Made by a program: the position numbers and the translations under genes. Source: a candidate division FCPU426 bacterium (GTDB taxonomy: Bacteria; Oederibacteriota; Muellerivitia; Muellerivitales; Muellerivitaceae). Taken from it: a stretch of 64,000 nucleotides of DNA. The notes below the pieces were generated by a model. It was given only the letters and a program-made list of their open reading frames with translations. It was not told the DNA's origin and searched no databases. The stretch is from NCBI GenBank assembly GCA_963796105.1, contig CAWCKJ010000010.1, forward strand, positions 64,001-128,000. Direction: 5' to 3'. Positions 52,986 through 62,079 of this stretch are shown here, piece by piece. Numbering within the stretch: the stretch's first letter is position 1; every line of letters begins with the position of its first letter.

Positions 52986-53198
52986 TCGGAAATTTAAGAA
53001 TTAGGTTCTTATTTACCCCAGAGACCCAGAGGCTCAGCAAAGATAAATAAAATCCGGAATATCTAATTCAAAAAGCCGCAAAACAACAACCCGACAATTA
53101 CGATTAGTTCCAGCGATCATCAAAAGAACTTAAACAAGAATAACTTAGAAAGAAGATGGTTGGCCTTTTCTACTCCAACCCGGGAAGGATTAAACTAA

Positions 53199-53530
53199 GT
53201 GAATACATTATCAAATGTTTTACAAGCTATATTTTTAACAGGAGGAATTTTTGGGTTTTTTCTTTTTGGGGTTAACAAAAACGCCAAGTTCAAAAAAAAT
53301 ATTTTCCGTGGTGGATGACATTTTGCGCTGTTTTGTTTGTTTCAGCTGGTTTCGTAATGTTTCCAAATACAAAGATTTTTTATATATCGATTCCAATGGT
53401 TGGGCTTATTGGATTTCTTAATATTAAAATGACAAAATTTTGCGGTAAATGCGGGAGAACGATTATTAACCAAATGTTTTTCATGAGGAGTTATAAAATT
53501 TGCCCCTACTGCGGAGCAAAATTAAAGTAA
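53199..53530 (+). pseudogene. Small membrane protein with double zinc ribbon, apparently frameshifted at an A8 tract
   Basis: GTG 53199 frame (TM, then NKNAKFKK) stops early; one extra A in 53292-53299 joins it to the 53315-53530 ORF (TM, CGKC...CPYC). Confidence 0.55.
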
Positions 53531-53632
53531 TTTTGATTCAGCTTTAATTAGCGCAATATCACGATATTAACGGTTCTCAAATCATTGAATCCGGGGACAG
53601 TTTTATATTGTGACTAAAACTGTTGGTTTTTA

Positions 53633-53660
53633 AATCCCATGTATCCCATGCATCTGTGGC
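53633..53660. repeat. Dispersed ATCCCATG...ATCTGTGGC element
   Basis: 24/28 identical to 1791-1818. Confidence 0.7.
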
Positions 53661-53850
53661 TAGAGACTATATTAGTTAGGTGTGTTTTGATTTGAAGCGG
53701 CATGAGTCTGTGGCGAAATTGTGAATATTATTAGAAGTTCTTAATGGTTTTTCTTGCTTGGGAGGGGACGCCCTGTTCCCTATCCGTAGAGTTTTCGGCT
53801 ATAATTCCCACCTTTAACGGTCACCTATTAATTTAAGTAGTTAGTTTAGA

Positions 53851-53993
53851 TGTCATTGCGAGCTGCGAAATATGCAGCGAAGCAACCCCAGTTTATGGGT
53901 GGTTTTGCCGGGAAAATCTTCTGGTATTACTTAAACTTTGGTTGCTTCGTCATAAACGCCCGCCTATTCGGTGAGCAGTTCCTCGCAATGACA
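53851..53993. repeat. REP/MITE-like nested palindromic element, copy 3
   Basis: TGTCATTGCGAG ... CTCGCAATGACA termini; inner GAAGCAACC / GGTTGCTTC; shares AACGCCCGCCTATTCGG with copy 2. Confidence 0.85.
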
Positions 53994-54040
53994 GCTAAAA
54001 CAAAAACCGAGATGATACATTAATCATTTACGAGGTTCCC

Positions 54041-56713
54041 ATGGGCGCGCCCATTACTGGAAATGAGATTCGACAAGCCTACCTGGACTTCTTCAAGTCC
54101 AAGAGGCATAAGATCGTCACCTCATCTTCCCTGGTGCCTGAAAACGACCCGACCCTGCTTTTGGCCAACGCGGGAATGAACCAATTCAAGCCCTATTTCC
54201 TGGGGATCGTGCCTTTTCCCCACGAGGTCCCTTACGCCGCCTCCTGCCAGAAATGTTTCAGGACCGCCGACCTGGAGCGGGTCGGTTATACCGCCCGCCA
54301 CCACACCTTCTTCGAGATGCTGGGCAATTTCTCCTTCGGGGGCTATTTCAAGAAGGAAGCCATCGAGTGGGGCTGGGAATTCGTGACGAAGGTCCTGCAA
54401 ATCGAGAAGTCCCTCCTGTGGGTCTCGGTCTATGAGAAGGATGACGAGGCCATTGAGTTGTGGAAGAAGATAGCGGGGCTTCCCCCGGAGCGGATCATCC
54501 GCATGGGAGAAGCCGACAATTTCTGGACGATGGGCCCCACCGGCCCCTGCGGTCCCTGTTCTGAAATCTACGTGGACCTGAGCCCGGAAAAGGGCCCGAC
54601 GAAGGATTTCGCGGCTGATGCCGAGTCGGGCCGGTACCTTGAAATCTGGAACCTGGTCTTCACCCAATTCGACCGGCAGGCGGACGGAACCCTTAAACCC
54701 CTTCCCAAACCCAACATCGACACAGGCATGGGCCTTGAACGTGTGGCAAGCATCATGCAAAAGGTACCGTCCAACTACGAGACGGACCTGCTTTCCCCCC
54801 TGGTTTCCGCCATCGCCCAGGCCGGCAAGCTTCAAAATGTGGACCCGAAGTCGCAGACCTACACTTCGCTGAAGGTCATCAGCGACCATCTGAGGGCCAC
54901 GGCGTTCCTTATCGCCGACGGGGTCCTTCCCTCCAACGAGGGCAGGGGCTACGTGCTCCGCCGGATCTTGCGCCGGGCGGTGAGGCACGGGAAGCTTTTG
55001 GGCTTCGACAAGCCGTTCCTTTCCCCCCTGACGCTGGAAGTCGCCAAACTCATGGGGGGTGTCTATCCGGAAGTGAGGGACCGCAAGGACCATATCGTCA
55101 ATGTGGTCAAGGCCGAGGAGGAAAGGTTCTACGAGACCCTGGCCTCCGGGACCGAGCGGTTGATGGAAAAGATCGAGAACCTCCTGAAAACGAAAGCCAC
55201 CACCCTTTCGGGGGAAGAAGCCTTCATGCTTTATGACACCTACGGCTTCCCCTTGGATATCACCAAGGAAATCCTCAAGGAAAAGGGCCTTCATGTGGAC
55301 GAGGCGGGGTTCCAGAAGTCCATGGAAGGCCAGAAGGAAAAGGCCCGCTCCGGCTGGAAGGGAAGCGGCGATTCGGCCCTTCCGCCCCTTTACAAGGAAC
55401 TGGGGGCCAAAATACAGGCCACGATTTTCAAGGGCTACGAGAAGACCAAGGACCTGTGCCAAATCGCCCAATTGGTGCGGGTGAAGGACAAGAAACATGA
55501 GGCGGTCGAAAGGCTGGAGGAAGGCGAATACGGTTTCGTGATCCTGAACCAGACACCCTTCTACGCCGAAAAAGGCGGGCAGGTGGGGGACAAGGGCGTC
55601 CTACAGGGTTTCAATTCCGCCGAGGTGTCCTGGGCGGATGTCTTGGACACGCAAATGGTCACGGATGTCCTGGTGGGGCACTGGTGCTTCATGAAGAGGG
55701 GCAAGCTGGTCACGGGGCAGAAAGTGGAGGCGACAGTCGAGGAAAGCGAGCGGCGGTCCACCATGAGAAACCATACAGGGACCCATCTTTTACACGCGGC
55801 CTTGAGGCAGGTTCTGGGCACCCATGTGGGCCAAGCTGGAAGCTACGTGGGGCCGGACCGCCTGCGTTTCGACTTCACCCATTTCGAGGGCGTCAAACCA
55901 GAACAGCTCAAAAAGATCGAGACCATCGTCAACCAACGTATCCTGGATAATATCGAGGTCACCAAACAGGAAATGTCCTTCAACGAGGCCAAGAAAAAAG
56001 GCGCAATGGCTTTCTTCAGCGAAAAATACGGCGAGCGGGTGAGAGTCATTGATGTTCCGGGATTCTCCATTGAGCTGTGCGGCGGTACCCACGTGAACCG
56101 GACGGGTGACATTGGTTTGTTCAAGATCACCAGCGAGGCCTCGGTGGCCTCCGGCGTAAGGCGTATCGAAGCAGTGACAGGGGAAGGGTCCCTAGCGTTG
56201 GTAGGACAGGAGGAAGAAGTCCTCAAGGAACTCAGCCAGATCCTCAAGAGCTCAGATTCCGAGTTGAAGCCGAAACTTTTATCCCTCTTGGATGATATGA
56301 AATCCAAAGATAGGGAACTGGCGTCGCTGAAGTCCAAGCTGGCCGGAAGCCTGATCGAGACGGTTTTGGAAAGCCGGAAGGACGTGAAGGGCGTCGCCTT
56401 GCTGGTGGCCCGCACCGACGAGTTGGACCCGGAGGGCATGCGCCAGCTGATTGACAACCTCAAGGCCAAGCTGGGAAGCGGGGTCATTGTCCTAGGCAGT
56501 GGAAAACCCGCCCAAATCGCCTTTATAGCGGGGGTCACCAAGGATTTGACCGGGAAGGTCAAGGCCGGGGAAATCGTCAAGGAAGTGGCTAAAATCACGG
56601 GCGGAGGGGGCGGCGGAAGGCCGGACCTGGCCCAGGCGGGTGGCAAGGATGCCTCCAAGGTGGATGAGGCCCTCAAGTCTGTCCCGGCTATCCTGGAAAA
56701 GATGCTGTCTTGA
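54041..56713 (+). CDS. alaS: Alanine-tRNA ligase
   Basis: NAGMNQFK, HHTFFEMLGNFSFG, DTGMGLER, HTGTHLLH, ELCGGTH, GGGG.PD.AQAGG. Confidence 0.98.
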   Translation: MGAPITGNEIRQAYLDFFKSKRHKIVTSSSLVPENDPTLLLANAGMNQFKPYFLGIVPFPHEVPYAASCQKCFRTADLERVGYTARHHTFFEMLGNFSFGGYFKKEAIEWGWEFVTKVLQIEKSLLWVSVYEKDDEAIELWKKIAGLPPERIIRMGEADNFWTMGPTGPCGPCSEIYVDLSPEKGPTKDFAADAESGRYLEIWNLVFTQFDRQADGTLKPLPKPNIDTGMGLERVASIMQKVPSNYETDLLSPLVSAIAQAGKLQNVDPKSQTYTSLKVISDHLRATAFLIADGVLPSNEGRGYVLRRILRRAVRHGKLLGFDKPFLSPLTLEVAKLMGGVYPEVRDRKDHIVNVVKAEEERFYETLASGTERLMEKIENLLKTKATTLSGEEAFMLYDTYGFPLDITKEILKEKGLHVDEAGFQKSMEGQKEKARSGWKGSGDSALPPLYKELGAKIQATIFKGYEKTKDLCQIAQLVRVKDKKHEAVERLEEGEYGFVILNQTPFYAEKGGQVGDKGVLQGFNSAEVSWADVLDTQMVTDVLVGHWCFMKRGKLVTGQKVEATVEESERRSTMRNHTGTHLLHAALRQVLGTHVGQAGSYVGPDRLRFDFTHFEGVKPEQLKKIETIVNQRILDNIEVTKQEMSFNEAKKKGAMAFFSEKYGERVRVIDVPGFSIELCGGTHVNRTGDIGLFKITSEASVASGVRRIEAVTGEGSLALVGQEEEVLKELSQILKSSDSELKPKLLSLLDDMKSKDRELASLKSKLAGSLIETVLESRKDVKGVALLVARTDELDPEGMRQLIDNLKAKLGSGVIVLGSGKPAQIAFIAGVTKDLTGKVKAGEIVKEVAKITGGGGGGRPDLAQAGGKDASKVDEALKSVPAILEKMLS

Positions 56714-57144
56714 AAAGATGGCTGGCTCTCGACATGGGCCATGTTCGTATCGGCATGGCCTTATCCGATCCCTTGGGAATCACGGCCCAGCCCCTGGGCG
56801 TCATGAAATCAGCGGGAACCCAGAAAGACCTCATGGCCATCGGCCATTTGATTAATAAGCGCGAGGTCACCCAAGTCATCGTCGGCCTGCCCCTCAACAT
56901 GGACGGCACCGACAGCACGACCACCCAATGGGTCAGGAAATTCACCAAAAAACTCAAATGGCGCCTGAACATTCCGGTTTATTTCCTGGATGAGCGCCTC
57001 ACCAGCAAACAGGCCGAGCGGGCCATGATTGAGGGGAATGTCAGCAGGGGGGACCGCAGGGGCAAGGTGGACAAGGTCGCCGCGGCCCTGTTGCTCCAAT
57101 CCGCCCTGGAGGGCGCGCCCTTGGTGTCGGTTGATAAGGATTAG
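56710..57144 (+). CDS. ruvX: Pre-16S rRNA nuclease / Holliday junction resolvase-like YqgF
   Basis: LALD.G..RIG.A.SD, VGLP, DERLTS, VD.VAA. Confidence 0.93.
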   Translation: MKRWLALDMGHVRIGMALSDPLGITAQPLGVMKSAGTQKDLMAIGHLINKREVTQVIVGLPLNMDGTDSTTTQWVRKFTKKLKWRLNIPVYFLDERLTSKQAERAMIEGNVSRGDRRGKVDKVAAALLLQSALEGAPLVSVDKD

Positions 57145-57292
57145 CACAAACCATTGATTTAGACTTTTTCCCTCCAAAGGGCCTTTTTTGTAGTTGCCTA
57201 ATAAATCCAATAATTAAAAAACTCCTTAACCGATATCCGCCTTTACCCAGTCCGGATTCGGCCTTAATTTCCAGATTCCTCGCTTGGGATAT

Positions 57293-57345
57293 CCCGCCCT
57301 GAGCCTGCCGAAGGGCCGGGAACCCCTCGACAAGCTCGGGGCAGG
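57293..57345. repeat. REP-like imperfect palindrome
   Basis: CCCGCCCTGAGCCTGCCGAAGGG / CCCCTCGACAAGCTCGGGGCAGG 23-bp arms, 7-nt loop. Confidence 0.75.
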
Positions 57346-57348
57346 CTA

Positions 57349-57466
57349 GGAACCCGGGAATTAGCCGGGAACTACGGGAACTCGGGAACTAGCCCAGAAC
57401 CCTGGAACTATCCGGAACCCCGGAACTGGTCCAGAACCCCGGAACTACCCAGAACCCCGGAACTAG
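57349..57466. repeat. Tandem array A: 13 (G/A)GAAC cores at 8-11 bp spacing
   Basis: Counted directly (one copy is GGAAT). Confidence 0.85.
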
Positions 57467-57475
57467 GGCTTTCAG

Positions 57476-58065
57476 CTATCGGCATTTGGATTTCGACTAC
57501 CGGTACGACGGGGATGACCTACCGGCATGAGGGTTTTAGCTACCGGCATGGCCGGGGTCGGCTACCGGCATTTGGATTTCGACTACCGGCACGGCGGGGG
57601 TGGCCTACCGGCATGGGGATTTCAGCTACCGGCATTTGGATTTCGACTACCGGCATGGCGGGGGTGGCCTAACGGCATGGGGATTTCGACTACCGGCATG
57701 GCGGGGGTGGCCTAACGGCATGGGGATTTCGACTACCGGCATGGCGGGGGTGGCCTACCGGCATGGGGATTTCAGCTACCGGCATGGCGGGGATCGCCTA
57801 CCGGCATGAGGGTTTCAGCTACCGGCATGGCGGGGGTGGCCTAACGGCATGGGGATTTCGACTACCGGCATGGCGGGGGTGGCCTACCGGCATGGGGATT
57901 TCAGCTACCGGCATGGCGGGAATCGCCTACCGGCATGAGGGTTTCAGCTACCGGCATGGCGGGGGTCGCCTACCGGCATTTGGATTTCAGCTACCGGCTT
58001 GGCGGGGATGACCTACCGGCATGAGGGTTTTAGCTACCGGCATGGCCGGGATCGCCTACCGGCAT
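57476..58065. repeat. Tandem array B: 28 CTACCGGCAT cores at 21/22 bp spacing
   Basis: Parsed directly: 14 intervals of 21 bp plus 13 of 22 bp = 580 bp. Confidence 0.95.
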
Positions 58066-58143
58066 GGCAGGCATGAGCCGGTGGTCCTGTGGGCATGGGT
58101 CGGCCTGCCCATGGGTGCATATTCCAATAGTCGGGTCGGGTTT

Positions 58144-58502
58144 CCGTCGTCCGGTGACGGGTTTTCCGTCGTCCGGGGTCCGGTTCCCGCCATCCGGTGC
58201 GGAGTTCCCGCCATCCGGGATCGGGATTTCCGTCGTCCGGGGTCGGGTTTCCGTCGTCCGGTGCCGGGTTTCCGTTGGTCGGAGGCGGGATTACCGTTGG
58301 TCGGTGCCGGGTTTTCCGTTGGCCGGGATCGAAATTACCGTTGGCTGGTGGCGGGATTTTCGTTGGCCGGTGCCGGGATTTTCGTTGGCCGGTGCCGGGA
58401 TTTCCGTTGGTCGGTGGTGGGGTTTCCGTTGGTCGGTGGTGGGGTTTCCGTTGGCCGGTGCCGGGAATTCCGTCGTCCGGGGTCGAGTTTTCCGCCATCC
58501 GG
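58144..58502. repeat. Tandem array C: 17 CCG-N5-CGG cores at 21/22 bp spacing
   Basis: Cores CCGTCGTCCGG / CCGCCATCCGG / CCGTTGG(T/C)CGG; degenerate copies continue to ~58605. Confidence 0.92.
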
Positions 58503-58722
58503 TGGCCCTGTAGGCATGAGTCACTGGCCCAGTCGGAATGGTTTGGATTTTCGTTGGTCGGATTGTGGTTTTCGCCGGTCGGTGCTGGGGTTTCTGCCGG
58601 GCGAATGTGCGGGGCAGAATAATAGAAATAACATACCGACCAATTACTCAGGCTGGACAGATTGCTGTAACTAATATAGAACTTTAAAAGTTCAATCTTT
58701 TAACCAAAGTTAGGGGAGTCTC

Positions 58723-59271
58723 TTGAATAAGCTTTTTACGATACTTTTGATTACGTCATTAGGGATTTATCTATTGGCACAGCCGGTTTGGGCGAAAAAG
58801 GCCAAGGCAAAGCCGACCCCCGTTCCCGCCGAGATTGAGACCCATTGGGATGCTTGGTGGGGGATGCAATACCTTCAAAATGGGAAACAGCTTACCGGGC
58901 AGGAATTGAGAAACCTGATTGACTCAACCAACGATCCGAAATTAAGCGCGCTCCTCAGTCAATCCGGAACGGATGAGACTCTTGGAGGTGTCGGCTTGGG
59001 GGCGGTTATCGGCTTGAACATTGCCTGCATATTCCTTCCCAATACAAACGTTCATGTGGCGGGATTAAATATCGGTTTGCCCAATCTGCCCGTGGAGATC
59101 CCAGCCGTGGTCCTGGGGTTTGCCTCGTCCTATTTCGCGGGCGCGGCGGGTGCCGAGAAATATAACGCCGTCCAGGGCTATAACCGCAAGGTGAAAGAGC
59201 CTGGTCCCCTTACCTGGGATTTATCCCCTCGCTCCAATGGCCTGGTTTTGGATTTGAAATACGCCTTATAA
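58723..59271 (+). CDS. Hypothetical exported/membrane protein
   Basis: Signal peptide (..VWA), KPTPVP linker, hydrophobic hairpin; GGGGAG RBS with TTG start. Confidence 0.7.
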   Translation: MNKLFTILLITSLGIYLLAQPVWAKKAKAKPTPVPAEIETHWDAWWGMQYLQNGKQLTGQELRNLIDSTNDPKLSALLSQSGTDETLGGVGLGAVIGLNIACIFLPNTNVHVAGLNIGLPNLPVEIPAVVLGFASSYFAGAAGAEKYNAVQGYNRKVKEPGPLTWDLSPRSNGLVLDLKYAL

Positions 59272-59470
59272 GAAATCACGCCTAAAAAAAGATTTCACCA
59301 CAGGCTGTCTTCGACAGCGCACAGAGATTACATTCATGTTTTCTATGAATATTTTGCCCAACTCCCATCAAAGGTGAGTTTCTGGTGAGACCGTCAAACC
59401 ATTTTGCAAATCGTTATATTGGGCTCTGAATTAAGATTAACTTTGAATATTCAATTTTGAAAAAAGATTT

Positions 59471-60214
59471 CTAATATTGCTTTCTTTCAAAGAAAAGTAA
59501 CCAACTATCTTCCCAATAAACGAGCTCGTTATTATCAATAATCTCCACTGCCCCATGTAGGCCATCTTTATCTAGGACCTGTAAAAACAATATTTCTTCT
59601 CTTTCTGGGTGATAGCCATACTCATAACTATCCAAATAAGGCCCTTCAAATTGATCATTTCGTTTCGCTGTGGTTTCAGCGTGGATGATGTATCTTGGAT
59701 TTTTAATATTATCACCCATATATTCGCATTCCTTCTCTTTGAAATCGAAACCTAGTAAATCATCATTTTTTTGAAAATTTTTGCTCCTCAAGAAGGAGTG
59801 CTTAACATTTTTAATTCTCTTTAATGTCCATTTGCCAAAAAAATCATCCGGTTTATATGTTTTGTGGGCAAGATATATTTTTGGTGCATTAGAAGAAACA
59901 TCGCCATTTTTTTTGTTATAAACCCAACCACCCGTACCATCATAAACATCGACAACCTTTCGACTCCCTGTAAACCCATCCATTGGTATGGAATCTAAAT
60001 ATTTTGGAACTAGAATTTCCAAAGTGGGTGGCCATCCATTTGGGTTATTCCAGTAATAATTTGTTGCCGCTTCCATGGCCCGAAAAGTAAAACTTTTTGA
60101 TTTTGAATTAGGGAACAATTTGTGTTTTTGATAATTTCTGTTAACCAAATGGGCAACACCTAATAATCCAATAAAGGCTATGATAATTACCCATATGAAT
60201 CTCTTAATATTCAT
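59471..60214 (-). CDS. Hypothetical AT-rich membrane-anchored protein with pseudopilin-like motif
   Basis: N-terminal TM; WPPTLEILVPKYLDSIP.D...GGWVYN; second unknown domain. Confidence 0.7.
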   Translation of the reverse strand: MNIKRFIWVIIIAFIGLLGVAHLVNRNYQKHKLFPNSKSKSFTFRAMEAATNYYWNNPNGWPPTLEILVPKYLDSIPMDGFTGSRKVVDVYDGTGGWVYNKKNGDVSSNAPKIYLAHKTYKPDDFFGKWTLKRIKNVKHSFLRSKNFQKNDDLLGFDFKEKECEYMGDNIKNPRYIIHAETTAKRNDQFEGPYLDSYEYGYHPEREEILFLQVLDKDGLHGAVEIIDNNELVYWEDSWLLFFERKQY

Positions 60215-60285
60215 TTCAGGTACCCCGGGTTGGACATCGATTGGTTTGACTCATCCGCCTAACGGATGTGAGGAGAAGAACCTAC

Positions 60286-60996
60286 TTAATGTTTTTTGGG
60301 GCTTATGGATTTTTCATGAAGCAGGATGGTCCGCATTTCCTCTTGGGTTAAAAAGGGGGAACTGTTCACGGCTTTATCGACAGAGGCTTTCAAGACAAGA
60401 CCTTGGGCGGTAATTAACGTTCCTAAATGGAATATAAGCATCGTCAGTAAAATCCCTAAAACCATTCCCAGGGCGCCCAAATAACCATAGTCCATGATCG
60501 CGATGACGCCGATGAACAAAATAAGCCCGCCGATGAAATAGATGGAACCCTTGAGGGCTTTACCCAGGGAGATGGTTTTATGGGCGGTGTTATAGGCGTC
60601 CTTATACCGGATCATGATCAATTCATTCGCTTTTGGAGGGGCTTCCTGCTCCGCGAATTCCAAGTGAGGCTTCACTTCAGGTTGAGAAACGGGCGGCGGT
60701 TTGAGGCTTGTCAACTCGCGATGGGTCTTAGGCGCCTTCTCGGTTTTCAAGTCATCCTGTTTCACTAATTTCAGGAATTCTTTTGTTTCAGCCGGCGGAG
60801 CGGGCGGAGGAACAGCAGGTTTTGGTTCGGGTTTGGGGATTGATTCCTTCCCGCTTTCCACGGGTTTCTGTTCCGCTAATACCTTGTCGCTTTTTGCTTC
60901 GGGTTTTGGCGGGGTTTCGAAACGCTCTGTGGCGCATTTCCAGCAGTAAGTTAAGAATTCCTCTATATCCTCACTGCAATTCTTGCATTGCCACAT
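60286..60996 (-). CDS. Zinc-finger (W.C..C...C..C) / Pro-rich linker / two-TM protein
   Basis: MWQCKNC...CWKC, PKPEPKPAVPPP, C-terminal TM pair; GAAAGGA RBS. Confidence 0.75.
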   Translation of the reverse strand: MWQCKNCSEDIEEFLTYCWKCATERFETPPKPEAKSDKVLAEQKPVESGKESIPKPEPKPAVPPPAPPAETKEFLKLVKQDDLKTEKAPKTHRELTSLKPPPVSQPEVKPHLEFAEQEAPPKANELIMIRYKDAYNTAHKTISLGKALKGSIYFIGGLILFIGVIAIMDYGYLGALGMVLGILLTMLIFHLGTLITAQGLVLKASVDKAVNSSPFLTQEEMRTILLHEKSISPKKH

Positions 60997-61202
60997 GGCA
61001 TTTCCTTTCTAGGGAAAAAACACGTTCGGTAGTTCTCGGGTAAGGAAATCTAACAGGTATTTTAAACCTTCCCGGCCCTTCATGGCTGATAATTTGCGAA
61101 GTTATTCCCCCTTACAGCCATCCAAATTAAACAAAATCCAGTAAGATGAATAAAAACAGGTAATTATAATTCTAAAAGTCATTAAGCAAAACCAAAGCCT
61201 TT

Positions 61203-61298
61203 GCCACGTGCCAGCCTGCCATATGGCATTTGAAAGAGGCTGGTACCGTACCGATCTCAATATATTTTTATGGATGGATCGGCACGGATTCAGGGGAT
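61203..61298. repeat. ~95-bp structured direct repeat, copy 1
   Basis: Near-identical to 63429-63523. Confidence 0.9.
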
Positions 61299-61400
61299 AA
61301 GGGGCGTAGCCAATAGCCTTAGATAAATAAGGGATAACATGAAAATTCTTATAATCGACGGAACCGGGTTCCTTTAATTTATGGTTACAAAGGTCGAAAT

Positions 61401-61429
61401 TTGACAACTATATCGGCTACCGATATAAT
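61401..61429 (+). promoter_or_regulatory. Consensus sigma70 promoter with overlapping operator palindrome (higBA)
   Basis: TTGACA-N17-TATAAT; TATATCGG-CTA-CCGATATA at 61409-61427. Confidence 0.85.
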
Positions 61430-61437
61430 CACCTCTG

Positions 61438-61728
61438 ATGATTCAATCCTTCGCGGATAAAATAACGCGTGATATTTTTGATGGCATCAACTCCAAGGCG
61501 TCCCGATGCTTGCCTATAGAATTGCACTCAAAAGCCAGACGTTTAATGGACTTCATCAACGCCACTGGGAATATCAATGATCTACGTGTGCCGCCTGGGA
61601 ATCACCTGGAGGCTTTAAAGGGTGATTGGCGGGGGTTTTATAGTATCCGGATTAACGACCAATGGCGCGTCGCATTCCGGTGGGTTGAAAACGAAGCTGA
61701 AGAAGTTCAAATTGTGGATTACCATTAA
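61438..61728 (+). CDS. higB: HigB/RelE-family toxin
   Basis: MIQSFADK, DLRVPPGN.LEALKG, YSIRINDQWR, VDYH. Confidence 0.93.
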   Translation: MIQSFADKITRDIFDGINSKASRCLPIELHSKARRLMDFINATGNINDLRVPPGNHLEALKGDWRGFYSIRINDQWRVAFRWVENEAEEVQIVDYH

Positions 61729-61744
61729 TTTTTAGGAGGAAACC

Positions 61745-62038
61745 ATGCTGCCCAAGACCCGGATTTCGACCCATCCTGGAGAAATTTTGGATAAAGATTT
61801 CTTGAAGCCCTTGGGTGTTTCTCAAAATTCCTTTGCCGCGCACTTGGGATGGTCCCATGCCAAGATTAATGAAATCATTCATGGCAGAAGGGGAATTACG
61901 CCTGAGGCGGCGCTTTCCCTGGCCGATGTATTAAGAACAACTCCTGATTTGTGGTTGAATTTGCAAAAAAATCATGATTTGTCTAAGGCGCGGAAATCGC
62001 ACCACAAAAAGAAGCCTTTTTTAGTGAAAGCTGTTTAA
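61745..62038 (+). CDS. higA: HigA antitoxin (Xre HTH)
   Basis: HPGEIL..DFL.P, INEII.GRRGIT, WLNLQ. Confidence 0.93.
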   Translation: MLPKTRISTHPGEILDKDFLKPLGVSQNSFAAHLGWSHAKINEIIHGRRGITPEAALSLADVLRTTPDLWLNLQKNHDLSKARKSHHKKKPFLVKAV

Positions 62039-62079
62039 ATCAATCTGTTTCCCTTTGTTGAATAAATTCTAGGAAAAAA

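Noticed and set aside
53760..54040. T-box leader for alaS
   Set aside because: The structured sequence is the dispersed palindromic repeat; no T-box consensus seen
54122..56742. Long antisense ORFs opposite alaS
   Set aside because: Shadow frames of GC-rich codon usage
57349..57466. Alphaproteobacterial-type LexA boxes (GAAC-N7-GAAC) in array A
   Set aside because: Two such spacings arise inevitably from the tandem GAAC repeat; no SOS gene or promoter adjacent
57476..58502. CRISPR array
   Set aside because: Cores are only 10-11 bp, linkers are 10-12 bp and themselves repeated, and no cas genes are present
57527..58674. ORFs over the repeat arrays as real proteins
   Set aside because: Mixed 21/22-bp periods shift frame, the same peptides appear in several frames and strands, and no RBS is evident
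61102..61407. 101-aa minus-strand ORF (and 68-aa ORF at 63483-63689) as a gene pair
   Set aside because: Their shared peptide (PLNPCRS) comes from the non-coding structured repeat; no RBS or motif
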